64,000 nt of DNA. Source: an uncultured Eubacteriales bacterium (GTDB lineage Bacteria; Bacillota; Clostridia; Christensenellales; UBA1242). Under the pieces are notes generated by a model. It made no database searches, was not told the origin of the DNA, and saw only the letters and a program-made list of their open reading frames with translations. Shown piece by piece: positions 58,495 to 64,000 of the stretch. Where the stretch lies: positions 23,499 to 87,498 of the forward strand of contig CATLAM010000005.1 in the NCBI GenBank assembly GCA_949878485.1. The letters run 5' to 3'. The position numbers were made by a program, and so were the translations under genes. How positions within the stretch are numbered: position 1 is the stretch's first letter; each line of letters opens with the position of its first letter.

Positions 58495-58848
58495 TTAAAA
58501 ATCATCGCCCGCATTGATTTTGTAAATGTTTTCCATCATGTCATCAAAACGGCGTTTTTGGTCTTTATCAGCATATTTCATGGCGTTTTCATATTCTGGT
58601 AAATAAATGGCAGTCTTATAATGAATGGCATTGTCTGTCAAATCATTTTCATTTGGCAATTGAAATTTGGCAAGCATCAACCCCCAGTAAGCATCTGCAC
58701 ATTTAGGGTCATATTGCAAAACAATTTCAAAACTTAGTCTTGCTTGTTCAAACATTTGGTCTTCCAAATTTAGATAACCAAGATTAAGTTCTTTCAATGC
58801 TTTTTCTTTATCTGCCACATTTGACGAAACTTGATATGTTCTTTTCAT
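58495..58848 (-). CDS. Small TPR protein (117 aa)
   Basis: ATG at 58848 overlaps the upstream stop (TAATG). LGYLNLEDQMFEQARLSFEIVLQYDPKCADAYWGLMLAK is a canonical TPR unit. The motif ADAYWGLMLAK recurs in the 1263-aa protein. Confidence 0.6.
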   Translation of the reverse strand: MKRTYQVSSNVADKEKALKELNLGYLNLEDQMFEQARLSFEIVLQYDPKCADAYWGLMLAKFQLPNENDLTDNAIHYKTAIYLPEYENAMKYADKDQKRRFDDMMENIYKINAGDDF

Positions 58849-59267
58849 TAAGCCTGTTCTTCCTTTTTGCGTTGAACGATGTATGCTTCCACTTCTTCCA
58901 ACAACCTTAAACAAGTTTCTTGAGTGTTGTCTTTTGCCACTGCAATTTTAAGGTCATCAAGTTTGGCTGCAAGTTTTACATCAACTGCCAAAGCCTTTTG
59001 GTTTGTTGTTGGGTTGAAGAATCTGATGTTGTCCTTAACTTCAACTAAACGATTGCAAAGTGTGTCGTTTCCGTTTGCATAAACAATAATACTTTCCACA
59101 TTTGCCACCATGCTTTCAATAGCCTTTTTGTTTTTCATAACGCCACGGCCACCAATGTCAAGTTTCTCGCCTTTCTTTCTGTCACCTTTAGAAAAATATT
59201 CTTTCCAGATGTAAAAGGCTGAAACACCTAAGATTAAAATCAAAATTACAATTAAAAATGCCAACAT
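58848..59267 (-). CDS. N-terminally anchored small membrane protein (139 aa), hypothetical
   Basis: TM LAFLIVILILILGVSAFYIW followed by a helical soluble part. AGGAGG lies 7 nt upstream and overlaps the TAG of the preceding gene. Confidence 0.6.
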   Translation of the reverse strand: MLAFLIVILILILGVSAFYIWKEYFSKGDRKKGEKLDIGGRGVMKNKKAIESMVANVESIIVYANGNDTLCNRLVEVKDNIRFFNPTTNQKALAVDVKLAAKLDDLKIAVAKDNTQETCLRLLEEVEAYIVQRKKEEQA

Positions 59268-59278
59268 AATTTTTCCTC

Positions 59279-60124
59279 CTATAATTTACTTCCACAAGAC
59301 GAGCAAAACTTTGCACCATCTGGATTTTCGGCTTGACAACTTGGACAATGGTTGTTGCCACAAACTTTCTTTCCGCAATTTGGACAGAATTTTGTGTTTT
59401 CGTCCAATGCCTGTCCACACTCTTTGCAAAAGAAACCATTTTCTGACTTTTCTTGACTTTTTGGATTTTTAAGTTCTTTAAAATGTGCTGAAAGTCTTTT
59501 ATGGTCATTTTCTTCTATTATAATGTTTGCAATGTTGAAAGAAAAAACCGCAATTCCATATTCATTCATAAGTTTTTGATTTAATTGAGTCAAAACTTTG
59601 GCAGAAACTTTTTTCTTTGTCAGTGAAAGTTGATTGAAACAAACCTTATTTGCTTCCGCAAATTGCATAACCACATCTTCCAAAACTGCAACCACATTTG
59701 ACTGCAATCTTTCTTGTAAGCCATCTGCAGTTAAATCATCAGCAACTCCAACAAGATATAAATAACATTTTCTTGGATCACCAATTTGCACTTCAAAGTC
59801 ACCACTCATTCCGACATGATAGTCTTCATCTAAAACGAAATCATAAAGCGTAAATCTCTGAGCCGTGCCCCACAAAAGTTTAAGTTTTGCAGTCTTAGAC
59901 ATAAACAAAACTTCCAAGGTTGAGCCTGCATCTTCCTTTTGGTCAACAAACGAATCAAGCCTGTATTTCCCAGATGACAAGGTTTGCAACATCTGTCCAT
60001 CTTTAACCAATATGGCATTGTGAGTTTCTGGAACGATTATTGTTTGCCTTATGTCCAAACTTTCCAACAAACATCTTGAAAAGAGTTTTTCATTACTTCC
60101 AGAAAAAGTAATAGTTTTTTCCAT
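59279..60124 (-). CDS. SPFH-fold protein (Band_7_1 / YdjI-like) fused to a C-terminal double zinc ribbon
   Basis: IIVPETHNAILVKDGQMLQTLSSGKYRLD...KLLWGTAQRFTLYD...VGMSGDFEVQIGDPRKCYLYLVG...LQERLQSNVVAVLEDVV...LMNEYGIAVFSFNIANIIIEEND matches the Band_7_1 pattern as I remember it. The C-terminus is FCKECGQAL..KFCPNCGKK..HCPSCQAENPDGAKFCSSCG (two CxxC-Xn-CxxC ribbons). Confidence 0.75.
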   Translation of the reverse strand: MEKTITFSGSNEKLFSRCLLESLDIRQTIIVPETHNAILVKDGQMLQTLSSGKYRLDSFVDQKEDAGSTLEVLFMSKTAKLKLLWGTAQRFTLYDFVLDEDYHVGMSGDFEVQIGDPRKCYLYLVGVADDLTADGLQERLQSNVVAVLEDVVMQFAEANKVCFNQLSLTKKKVSAKVLTQLNQKLMNEYGIAVFSFNIANIIIEENDHKRLSAHFKELKNPKSQEKSENGFFCKECGQALDENTKFCPNCGKKVCGNNHCPSCQAENPDGAKFCSSCGSKL

Positions 60125-60155
60125 AGTTTCTCCTATGATATAATCTTACAAGGTA

Positions 60156-60185
60156 ATTATAACAAAAATAAAATTAAAAAGGCAA
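60156..60185 (-). promoter_or_regulatory. Extended -10 promoter of the seven-gene operon (-35 TTGCCT, 18 nt, TGtTATAAT)
   Basis: The minus strand reads TTGCCT(60185-60180)-N18-TATAAT(60161-60156), with TG one base upstream of the -10. It lies about 30 nt upstream of ATG 60124. Confidence 0.5.
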
Positions 60186-60224
60186 GCATAAAAAGAAATT
60201 AAAAATGTTTTAAAATAATTTTCT

Positions 60225-60253
60225 TTGCAAAAATTAAAGAAATCTGCTAAAAT
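60225..60253 (+). promoter_or_regulatory. Putative promoter of the SDR gene (-35 TTGCAA, 17 nt, -10 TAAAAT)
   Basis: TTGCAA(60225-60230)-N17-TAAAAT(60248-60253), divergent from the operon promoter. Confidence 0.4.
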
Positions 60254-60275
60254 AATATGGCTTGGGAGATATGAT

Positions 60276-61070
60276 ATGAAAAAGATTGCCATAATTACTG
60301 GTGCATCATCTGGCATGGGTCAAAAATTTTGTTATGAAATAGACAAACTTGGCTTAGATGAAATTTGGGGAGTTGCCCTTAATACTGACCATGTTGAAAA
60401 AATGCAAAGCGAACTTAAAACTAAATTTAAATTCTTTTCTTTAGACTTGACTAAGGATGAAAGTTTTAAAACTCTTGAAGCAGAACTTAAAAAACAAAAA
60501 GATGTTTGTGTAGAGTGGCTTGTCAATGCCAGTGGCTATGGAAAATTTGGTCGATATGACGAAATTTCAATTGAAGCACAAATTGGCATGATTGACCTTA
60601 ATTGCAAAGGTTTGACACATCTTACACTTCTTGCCTTGCCTTTTATGAAAGAAGGTGGAAGAATTGTGGAGTTTGGTTCAATTGCCGCTTTTCAACCAAT
60701 ACCTTACATTGCGGTGTATGGTGCAACTAAGGCTTATGTGTTGTCTTATTCTCGTGCGTTAAACCGCGAACTTAAATCTCGCAAAATCAGCGTAACTTGT
60801 CTTTGCCCTTATTGGACAAAAACACCATTCTTAAACAGAGCAACAGATGTCAAAACCAAAGAAACCGTCATAAAGAAGTATGTTGCAATGTATGATGCCG
60901 AAAAGGTTGTAAAACGCGGGATGAAAAAAGCATTAAAACGCAAAGAAGTTGTGCTTTATGGTTTCAAAGCCAAGGCACAGACTGCCATGGTCAAAATTTT
61001 GCCACACAAGTGGATCATGTCAATCTGGGGAAAACAACAAAACTTTAAAAAGACTTATAAAGGAAGATAG
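60276..61070 (+). CDS. Short-chain dehydrogenase/reductase (SDR) family oxidoreductase
   Basis: The start was refined to ATG 60276 (GGGAG 7 nt upstream). TGASSGMG (TGxxxGxG), LVNASG (NNAG-like) and the catalytic YGATKAY (YxxxK). Confidence 0.88.
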   Translation: MKKIAIITGASSGMGQKFCYEIDKLGLDEIWGVALNTDHVEKMQSELKTKFKFFSLDLTKDESFKTLEAELKKQKDVCVEWLVNASGYGKFGRYDEISIEAQIGMIDLNCKGLTHLTLLALPFMKEGGRIVEFGSIAAFQPIPYIAVYGATKAYVLSYSRALNRELKSRKISVTCLCPYWTKTPFLNRATDVKTKETVIKKYVAMYDAEKVVKRGMKKALKRKEVVLYGFKAKAQTAMVKILPHKWIMSIWGKQQNFKKTYKGR

Positions 61071-61119
61071 TTTTTTAAATCACACAAGCAAAAATAACAA
61101 ACTAGATAAAGGAGAAAAA

Positions 61120-61296
61120 ATGAAATTTTTTAAAAATTACATCGACACTATGCAAACAAATGCTTATGCAGGTGAAGATTATGAATTACCAGATGAAAGT
61201 TGCGAAGCAGAAAAGGAAAGAACAGCAGGCTTTACAACTTCCAAAGCAATTAAAACTTATGAAAACAACTTAGAAAACGATGTAAGAAGTTTATAA
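61120..61296 (+). CDS. Small acidic hypothetical protein (58 aa)
   Basis: ATG 61120 with AAAGGAGA upstream. MKFFKNYIDTMQTNAYAGEDYELPDESCEAEKERTAGF... The longer track ORF (60949-) overlaps the SDR gene and lacks an RBS. Confidence 0.45.
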   Translation: MKFFKNYIDTMQTNAYAGEDYELPDESCEAEKERTAGFTTSKAIKTYENNLENDVRSL

Positions 61297-61326
61297 AAAA
61301 GAAGTCAAATTGACTTCTTTTTTTGT
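61295..61326. terminator. Bidirectional rho-independent terminator between convergent genes
   Basis: AAAAAAGAAGTCA-aat-TGACTTCTTTTTTT: a perfect stem flanked by an A-run and a T-run. Confidence 0.6.
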
Positions 61327-61343
61327 TTAGTTTTTAAAACATC

Positions 61344-61634
61344 TTATGCTTCAGGTTCGCTAGGGTCAACATCAATGCTTGGTGCTTTATATTCTTCAAA
61401 TGCTGAAAAATCTGGATAAGCGATTGTGCCAACTGCTTCAAGTTTCAAAACTTCTTGTCCTGCTTGAGAACCTTTAATTGCTTGCAATTTGCCATCTGCA
61501 AAATTTAAAACACAATTAACAGATTGACCATTTGTTTAGCTGCTGCAAACAAGTTCTGTTTTGTTTCCATCAACTTTTTTGATGAATTTATTGCTATTTG
61601 CAACAACTTGTGTCAAGATTAAATCTTGTAACAT
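61344..61634 (-). pseudogene. 96-codon ORF interrupted by one in-frame TAA (codon 33)
   Basis: The minus-strand reading is MLQDLILTQVVANSNKFIKKVDGNKTELVCSS*TNGQSVNCVLNFADGKLQAIKGSQAGQEVLKLEAVGTIAYPDFSAFEEYKAPSIDVDPSEPEA*. The internal stop is at 61536-61538. The same frame is kept on both sides. Confidence 0.45.
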
Positions 61635-61660
61635 CTGAAATAATTTTTGACTAGTCTTTT

Positions 61661-61689
61661 ATTATAATCAGTTTTAAACTTTTTGTCAT
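61661..61689 (-). promoter_or_regulatory. Putative promoter upstream of the interrupted ORF (-35 ATGACA, 17 nt, -10 TATAAT)
   Basis: The minus strand reads ATGACA(61689-61684)-N17-TATAAT(61666-61661). There is no SD before ATG 61634. Confidence 0.4.
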
Positions 61690-61704
61690 ACAATTAAAGA
61701 AATA

Positions 61705-62073
61705 TTAATTTCCTTCATACCTTTTAACCATTGTCCTTTCAGTTGCATTATTTTGCACAGAAGGACTTGCGTTATGGTTGTTGCCATTTATTATGTTTTG
61801 TGAAATTAAAGCGTCTTTCAATCCATTGATTGCAGACATCATTTCGCCGTGATTTTCTTCTGCTTGCATCTTCGCTTCTTTTGCTTTTCTTTCTTTTTCA
61901 ATATTATCAGCCAACGCGAGTATTGTGTTATCAGGAGCATTTCCTTGCTGCCTTTCAAACTTTTCCCTTGCTTCTCGTTGTTGGGCTTGTCTTTCTTGTT
62001 CTGCTTGCTCTTCAAGTTGTCTTGCCCTTTCATTGATTTTTCTCATATATTCTTCTTCTGCTGACATTTCCAT
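61705..62073 (-). CDS. Hypothetical charged coiled-coil protein (122 aa)
   Basis: GGGAGA RBS. An E/Q/R/K-rich helix (ARQLEEQAEQERQAQQREAREKFERQQ) followed by an Asn-rich tail. No recognisable family. Confidence 0.55.
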   Translation of the reverse strand: MEMSAEEEYMRKINERARQLEEQAEQERQAQQREAREKFERQQGNAPDNTILALADNIEKERKAKEAKMQAEENHGEMMSAINGLKDALISQNIINGNNHNASPSVQNNATERTMVKRYEGN

Positions 62074-62256
62074 TTATTCATCTCCCTTTTATACATTTAT
62101 TGATATCACAGTTTATTACCATTTTGCAATGAAAATTTAAATTTATTTAATATAAAAGTTTTTATGCACATTTTTTTGTGTTTTTAAATACATTGTTAAT
62201 GTGCAAGAACTTTAAGCACACAAAAGTCGTACATAAGAAACTTTTAGGAGGCACAA

Positions 62257-62469
62257 ATGAACTTTTTTGGAGGCTCAAATTGTGGCGAAGTAGGTAGAGA
62301 TTGCAACTGCGGTATGGACTGCTGCTCTCTTATCTTCTTACTTTTGCTCTTACAAAACTGTGGTTGTGGCTGTGGCTGCGGTAATAAAGGTGGCGAAATC
62401 TGCATCGATTGTCAAACATTGTTGTTCTTGATTTTGCTCTCTAACTGTGGTTGCGGTTGCAAAAACTAA
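62257..62469 (+). CDS. Cys/Gly-rich small protein (70 aa) with two Leu-rich hydrophobic cores, possibly a YjcZ-like tiny sporulation protein
   Basis: Strong RBS (AGGAGG) and a strong terminator. MNFFGGSNCGEVGRDCNCGMDCCSLIFLLLLLQNCGCGCGCGNKGGEICIDCQTLLFLILLSNCGCGCKN contains two repeats of D-C-x-x-L-hydrophobic-N-C-G-C-G-C. Confidence 0.6.
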   Translation: MNFFGGSNCGEVGRDCNCGMDCCSLIFLLLLLQNCGCGCGCGNKGGEICIDCQTLLFLILLSNCGCGCKN

Positions 62470-62481
62470 TCAAGTTTTGGG

Positions 62482-62511
62482 AAAAGACCTGCGTTTGCAG
62501 GTCTTTTTTTG
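62482..62511 (+). terminator. Rho-independent terminator
   Basis: AAAAGACCTGC-gttt-GCAGGTCTTTT followed by a T-run, 13 nt after the stop. Confidence 0.7.
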
Positions 62512-62595
62512 TGTATATAAAAGAATTATTTTGCTAAAACTGTTTACTTTTTCAAACTTTTAGTGTAAAATAAAGAAAAAATAGGAGAAAATTGT

Positions 62596-62985
62596 ATGAA
62601 CGTTGAAAGATTACACGGAAAAGGTGCCGAACTTGTATGGCACGACAGAAAAAGAGTTTTAGGTATGCCACTCTCTTTTACACGTTATCGTCTTGTAAAT
62701 AAACCAGGTTCTTGGTTTAAAGTTTTTTCAGACATTGGTTTTACATATTCTGCTTTGGAAGAAGTAAACCTTTACAGAGTTTGCGACATTTCTCTTCGTC
62801 AATCTTTGTTTGGAAAATTGCTTAACACTGGCACAGTAATTTTGTCAACAAACGATGAAAGAGCCCCAATCTTTGTTTTGAAAAACATTAAAAACCCATT
62901 CAGAGTAAGAGAAATGTTTTCCAACTATGTGGAAGAACAAAGAAAAATCAATAATGTTCGTCTTACAGAATTCCACACACACTGA
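62596..62985 (+). CDS. Bacterial PH-domain (bPH_2 / YdbT-like) protein without TM segments
   Basis: 129 aa. VNLYRVCDISLRQSLFGKLLNTGTVILSTNDERAPIFVLKNIKNPFRVREMF fits the bPH_2 pattern. GGAGA RBS. Confidence 0.65.
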   Translation: MNVERLHGKGAELVWHDRKRVLGMPLSFTRYRLVNKPGSWFKVFSDIGFTYSALEEVNLYRVCDISLRQSLFGKLLNTGTVILSTNDERAPIFVLKNIKNPFRVREMFSNYVEEQRKINNVRLTEFHTH

Positions 62986-63014
62986 AATTAAAATTAAAAA
63001 TTTTTATAATTTGA

Positions 63015-63043
63015 TTGACAATCGCCTTGAAATATGGTAATAT
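63015..63043 (+). promoter_or_regulatory. Strong sigma-A promoter for tRNA-Ala (-35 TTGACA, 17 nt, TGgTAATAT)
   Basis: TTGACA(63015-63020)-N17-TAATAT(63038-63043) with the extended -10 TG. The tRNA 5' end lies 13 nt downstream of the -10. Confidence 0.6.
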
Positions 63044-63055
63044 TTTAGGGCATAT

Positions 63056-63131
63056 GGGGGTATGGCTCAGTTGGTAGAGCACCTGCCTTGCAAGCAGGGG
63101 GTCATCGGTTCGAATCCGATTATCTCCACCA
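63056..63131 (+). tRNA. tRNA-Ala (anticodon UGC), CCA encoded
   Basis: Hand-folded cloverleaf: acceptor GGGGGTA/TATCTCC with the G3:U70 alanine identity pair, D stem GCTC/GAGC, anticodon stem CCTGC/GCAGG with loop CTTGCAA, T stem ATCGG/CCGAT with loop TTCGAAT, then ACCA. 76 nt. Confidence 0.93.
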
Positions 63132-63137
63132 CTTAAA

Positions 63138-63176
63138 AACAACTCAAATTCTGGATAAGTATTTGGGTTGTTTTTT
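63138..63176 (+). terminator. Rho-independent terminator after the tRNA
   Basis: 12-bp stem AACAACTCAAAT / ATTTGGGTTGTT (one G-U) with an 11-nt loop, followed by TTTTTT. Confidence 0.6.
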
Positions 63177-63177
63177 A

Positions 63178-63206
63178 TTGCAAAATTTGCTTATAAGGGA
63201 TATAAT
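63178..63206 (+). promoter_or_regulatory. Sigma-A-like promoter (-35 TTGCAA, 17 nt, -10 TATAAT) driving tandem micro-ORFs
   Basis: TTGCAA(63178-63183)-N17-TATAAT(63201-63206), followed by AAGGAG at 63220-63225. Confidence 0.45.
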
Positions 63207-63230
63207 TATTTATATAATCAAGGAGCAATT

Positions 63231-63308
63231 ATGTCTAAGCATCCAACATATAATAACTTGGACCCACGCTATTTTTTGGAACTTAAAAAAAATTATGAAA
63301 TTTTCTAA
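63231..63308 (+). CDS. 25-codon micro-ORF (MSKHPTYNNLDPRYFLELKKNYEIF)
   Basis: Consensus promoter and AAGGAG 5 nt upstream of the ATG. A second 17-codon ORF (63295-63348, MKFSKSKNRPYFLENGE) repeats the P-x-YFLE core. Coding status is unproven. Confidence 0.3.
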   Translation: MSKHPTYNNLDPRYFLELKKNYEIF

Positions 63309-63419
63309 GTCTAAAAATCGACCCTATTTTTTGGAAAATGGTGAATAGTTTTGTGTTTCAAAACTAAAAGAATATTATATATTTAACTTAACAAAACTTG
63401 GAAAAAAAATCCAAAGGTA

Positions 63420-63638
63420 ATGAAAAGTTACATGGATTTTTGCAATATGCAACATAAAGATGTTTTTGATTACAAAGCAAATTATAACATAAAAACTGAA
63501 TTTGAACTTAAGTCAAAAGATTCAATTACTAAAAAAATGAAAAAAGATGGTGCGACAGATAAAGAAATAAAAGACACAATTGATTTATGGCTTAACATAG
63601 AAGAAATTATGGCAAAAGAAAATAAAAAAGATAATTAA
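63420..63638 (+). CDS. Hypothetical small Lys/Asp-rich protein (72 aa)
   Basis: ORF only. The SD is weak or misplaced, and the start could instead be ATG 63432. No recognisable family. Confidence 0.35.
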   Translation: MKSYMDFCNMQHKDVFDYKANYNIKTEFELKSKDSITKKMKKDGATDKEIKDTIDLWLNIEEIMAKENKKDN

Positions 63639-63653
63639 TTTAAAAGGAACTGA

Positions 63654-64000
63654 ATGAAAAATCAACAATCAAAATTAAATAAATCAACAATATTTTTCTG
63701 TTTATTTTTTTCTCTTTTCATAATTGTGGGAATTGGTCTTGCTGCTTGGGGTTTTATTAAACTTACAAAATATAATCTGGCAGAACAAGTGGAAGCCACT
63801 GTTATTTCAACAGAATATAATGACGACAGAACTGCCGAGATTGTTTTTGGCTTTGAACGCAAGAATGAATATACGGAAAGCAAACTGCATTTGACAAATG
63901 TCAAAACTTTTCCATATTATATAGGAGATAAAGTTTCCATTAAAGTAAATGACTTAAATGAAATTCAAAATTTTGGGAGAATTGAAATAATAGTCTTAGT
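63654..64000 (+). CDS. Hypothetical membrane protein, N-terminal part (runs off the window), DUF3592-like layout
   Basis: Not in the ORF track (no stop). MKNQQSKLNKSTIFFCLFFSLFIIVGIGLAAWGFIKLTKYNLAEQVEATVISTEYNDDRTAEIVFGFE...: one N-terminal TM followed by a beta-rich segment. Confidence 0.45.
   Translation, partial: MKNQQSKLNKSTIFFCLFFSLFIIVGIGLAAWGFIKLTKYNLAEQVEATVISTEYNDDRTAEIVFGFERKNEYTESKLHLTNVKTFPYYIGDKVSIKVNDLNEIQNFGRIEIIVL

Noticed and set aside
60949-61119. Long version (115 aa) of the ORF ending at 61296, overlapping the SDR gene
   Set aside because: It overlaps the well-supported SDR frame and lacks an RBS. ATG 61120 with AAAGGAGA is a much better start.
61536-61538. TAA stop-codon reassignment or programmed readthrough
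   Set aside because: TAA is used as the terminator of many well-supported genes in this window (for example uppP, dnaB and several operon genes), so a global reassignment is untenable. A nonsense mutation or sequencing error is simpler.
62141-62256. Sporulation sigma-factor (SigE/SigK/SigG) promoter upstream of the Cys-rich gene
   Set aside because: There is a CATAAGAA element near the right place, but it does not satisfy the CATA---TA or CATACA-T consensus at the correct spacing from an AC or ATA -35 element. No claim is made.
62330-62465. Short tandem tgtggttgtggctgtggctgcggt-type repeats that could look like a microsatellite or CRISPR-like array
   Set aside because: They are simply the codons for CGCGCGCG runs inside a well-framed ORF. 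There is no repeat-spacer periodicity, and no CRISPR array occurs anywhere in the window.
63088-63348. 86-aa ORF starting inside the tRNA-Ala gene
   Set aside because: Its 5' part is the tRNA and its terminator. Only the last 17 codons (63295-63348) are considered, as a possible micro-ORF.
63056-64000. Integrated mobile element or genomic island at tRNA-Ala
   Set aside because: The window contains no integrase, no recombinase and no direct repeat of the tRNA 3' end. Small hypothetical genes alone are insufficient evidence.

Overview
AT-rich bacterial chromosome segment (roughly one-third G+C by eye, not computed). It probably comes from a low-GC, endospore-forming Firmicute (Bacillota), given the yabP-yabQ-divIC-like synteny, AGGAGG-type ribosome-binding sites and sigma-A-like promoters. 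Almost all genes run on the minus strand up to about 60.1 kb. Housekeeping content: a truncated P-type ATPase (missed by the ORF track), uppP, trpS, gltX, dnaB, typA/bipA, an RluA-family pseudouridine synthase, cvpA, pflA-pflB, a heterodimeric ABC exporter pair, an SDR oxidoreductase and one tRNA-Ala(UGC). About 47% of the window is taken by two giant envelope-protein genes. One encodes 6138 aa with a signal peptide, GLUG and InlB-B-type repeats and a C-terminal TM anchor. The other encodes a 3795-aa lipoprotein with FN3-like, SH3b-like and GLUG-like modules. The most interesting locus is a tightly packed seven-gene minus-strand operon at 52278-60124. It encodes an SPFH (YdjI-like) protein fused to a double zinc ribbon, a small membrane protein, a TPR protein and two ESCRT-III-like (Snf7/CHMP/PspA superfamily) coiled-coil proteins. 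It also encodes a Vps4-like MIT+AAA+ ATPase and a 1263-aa zinc-ribbon/TIR-like/TPR/3-TM protein whose ectodomain carries the same GLUG module as the giant surface proteins. Other observations: a Cys-Gly-rich 70-aa protein, an ORF broken by an in-frame TAA, operator-like palindromes at the pflB and ABC-exporter promoters, an apparently leaderless small gene heading the dnaB operon, and tandem micro-ORFs after the tRNA. No search tool was run. All family assignments rest on motifs I recognise from memory, and all coordinates and start-codon refinements were worked out by hand from the sequence.
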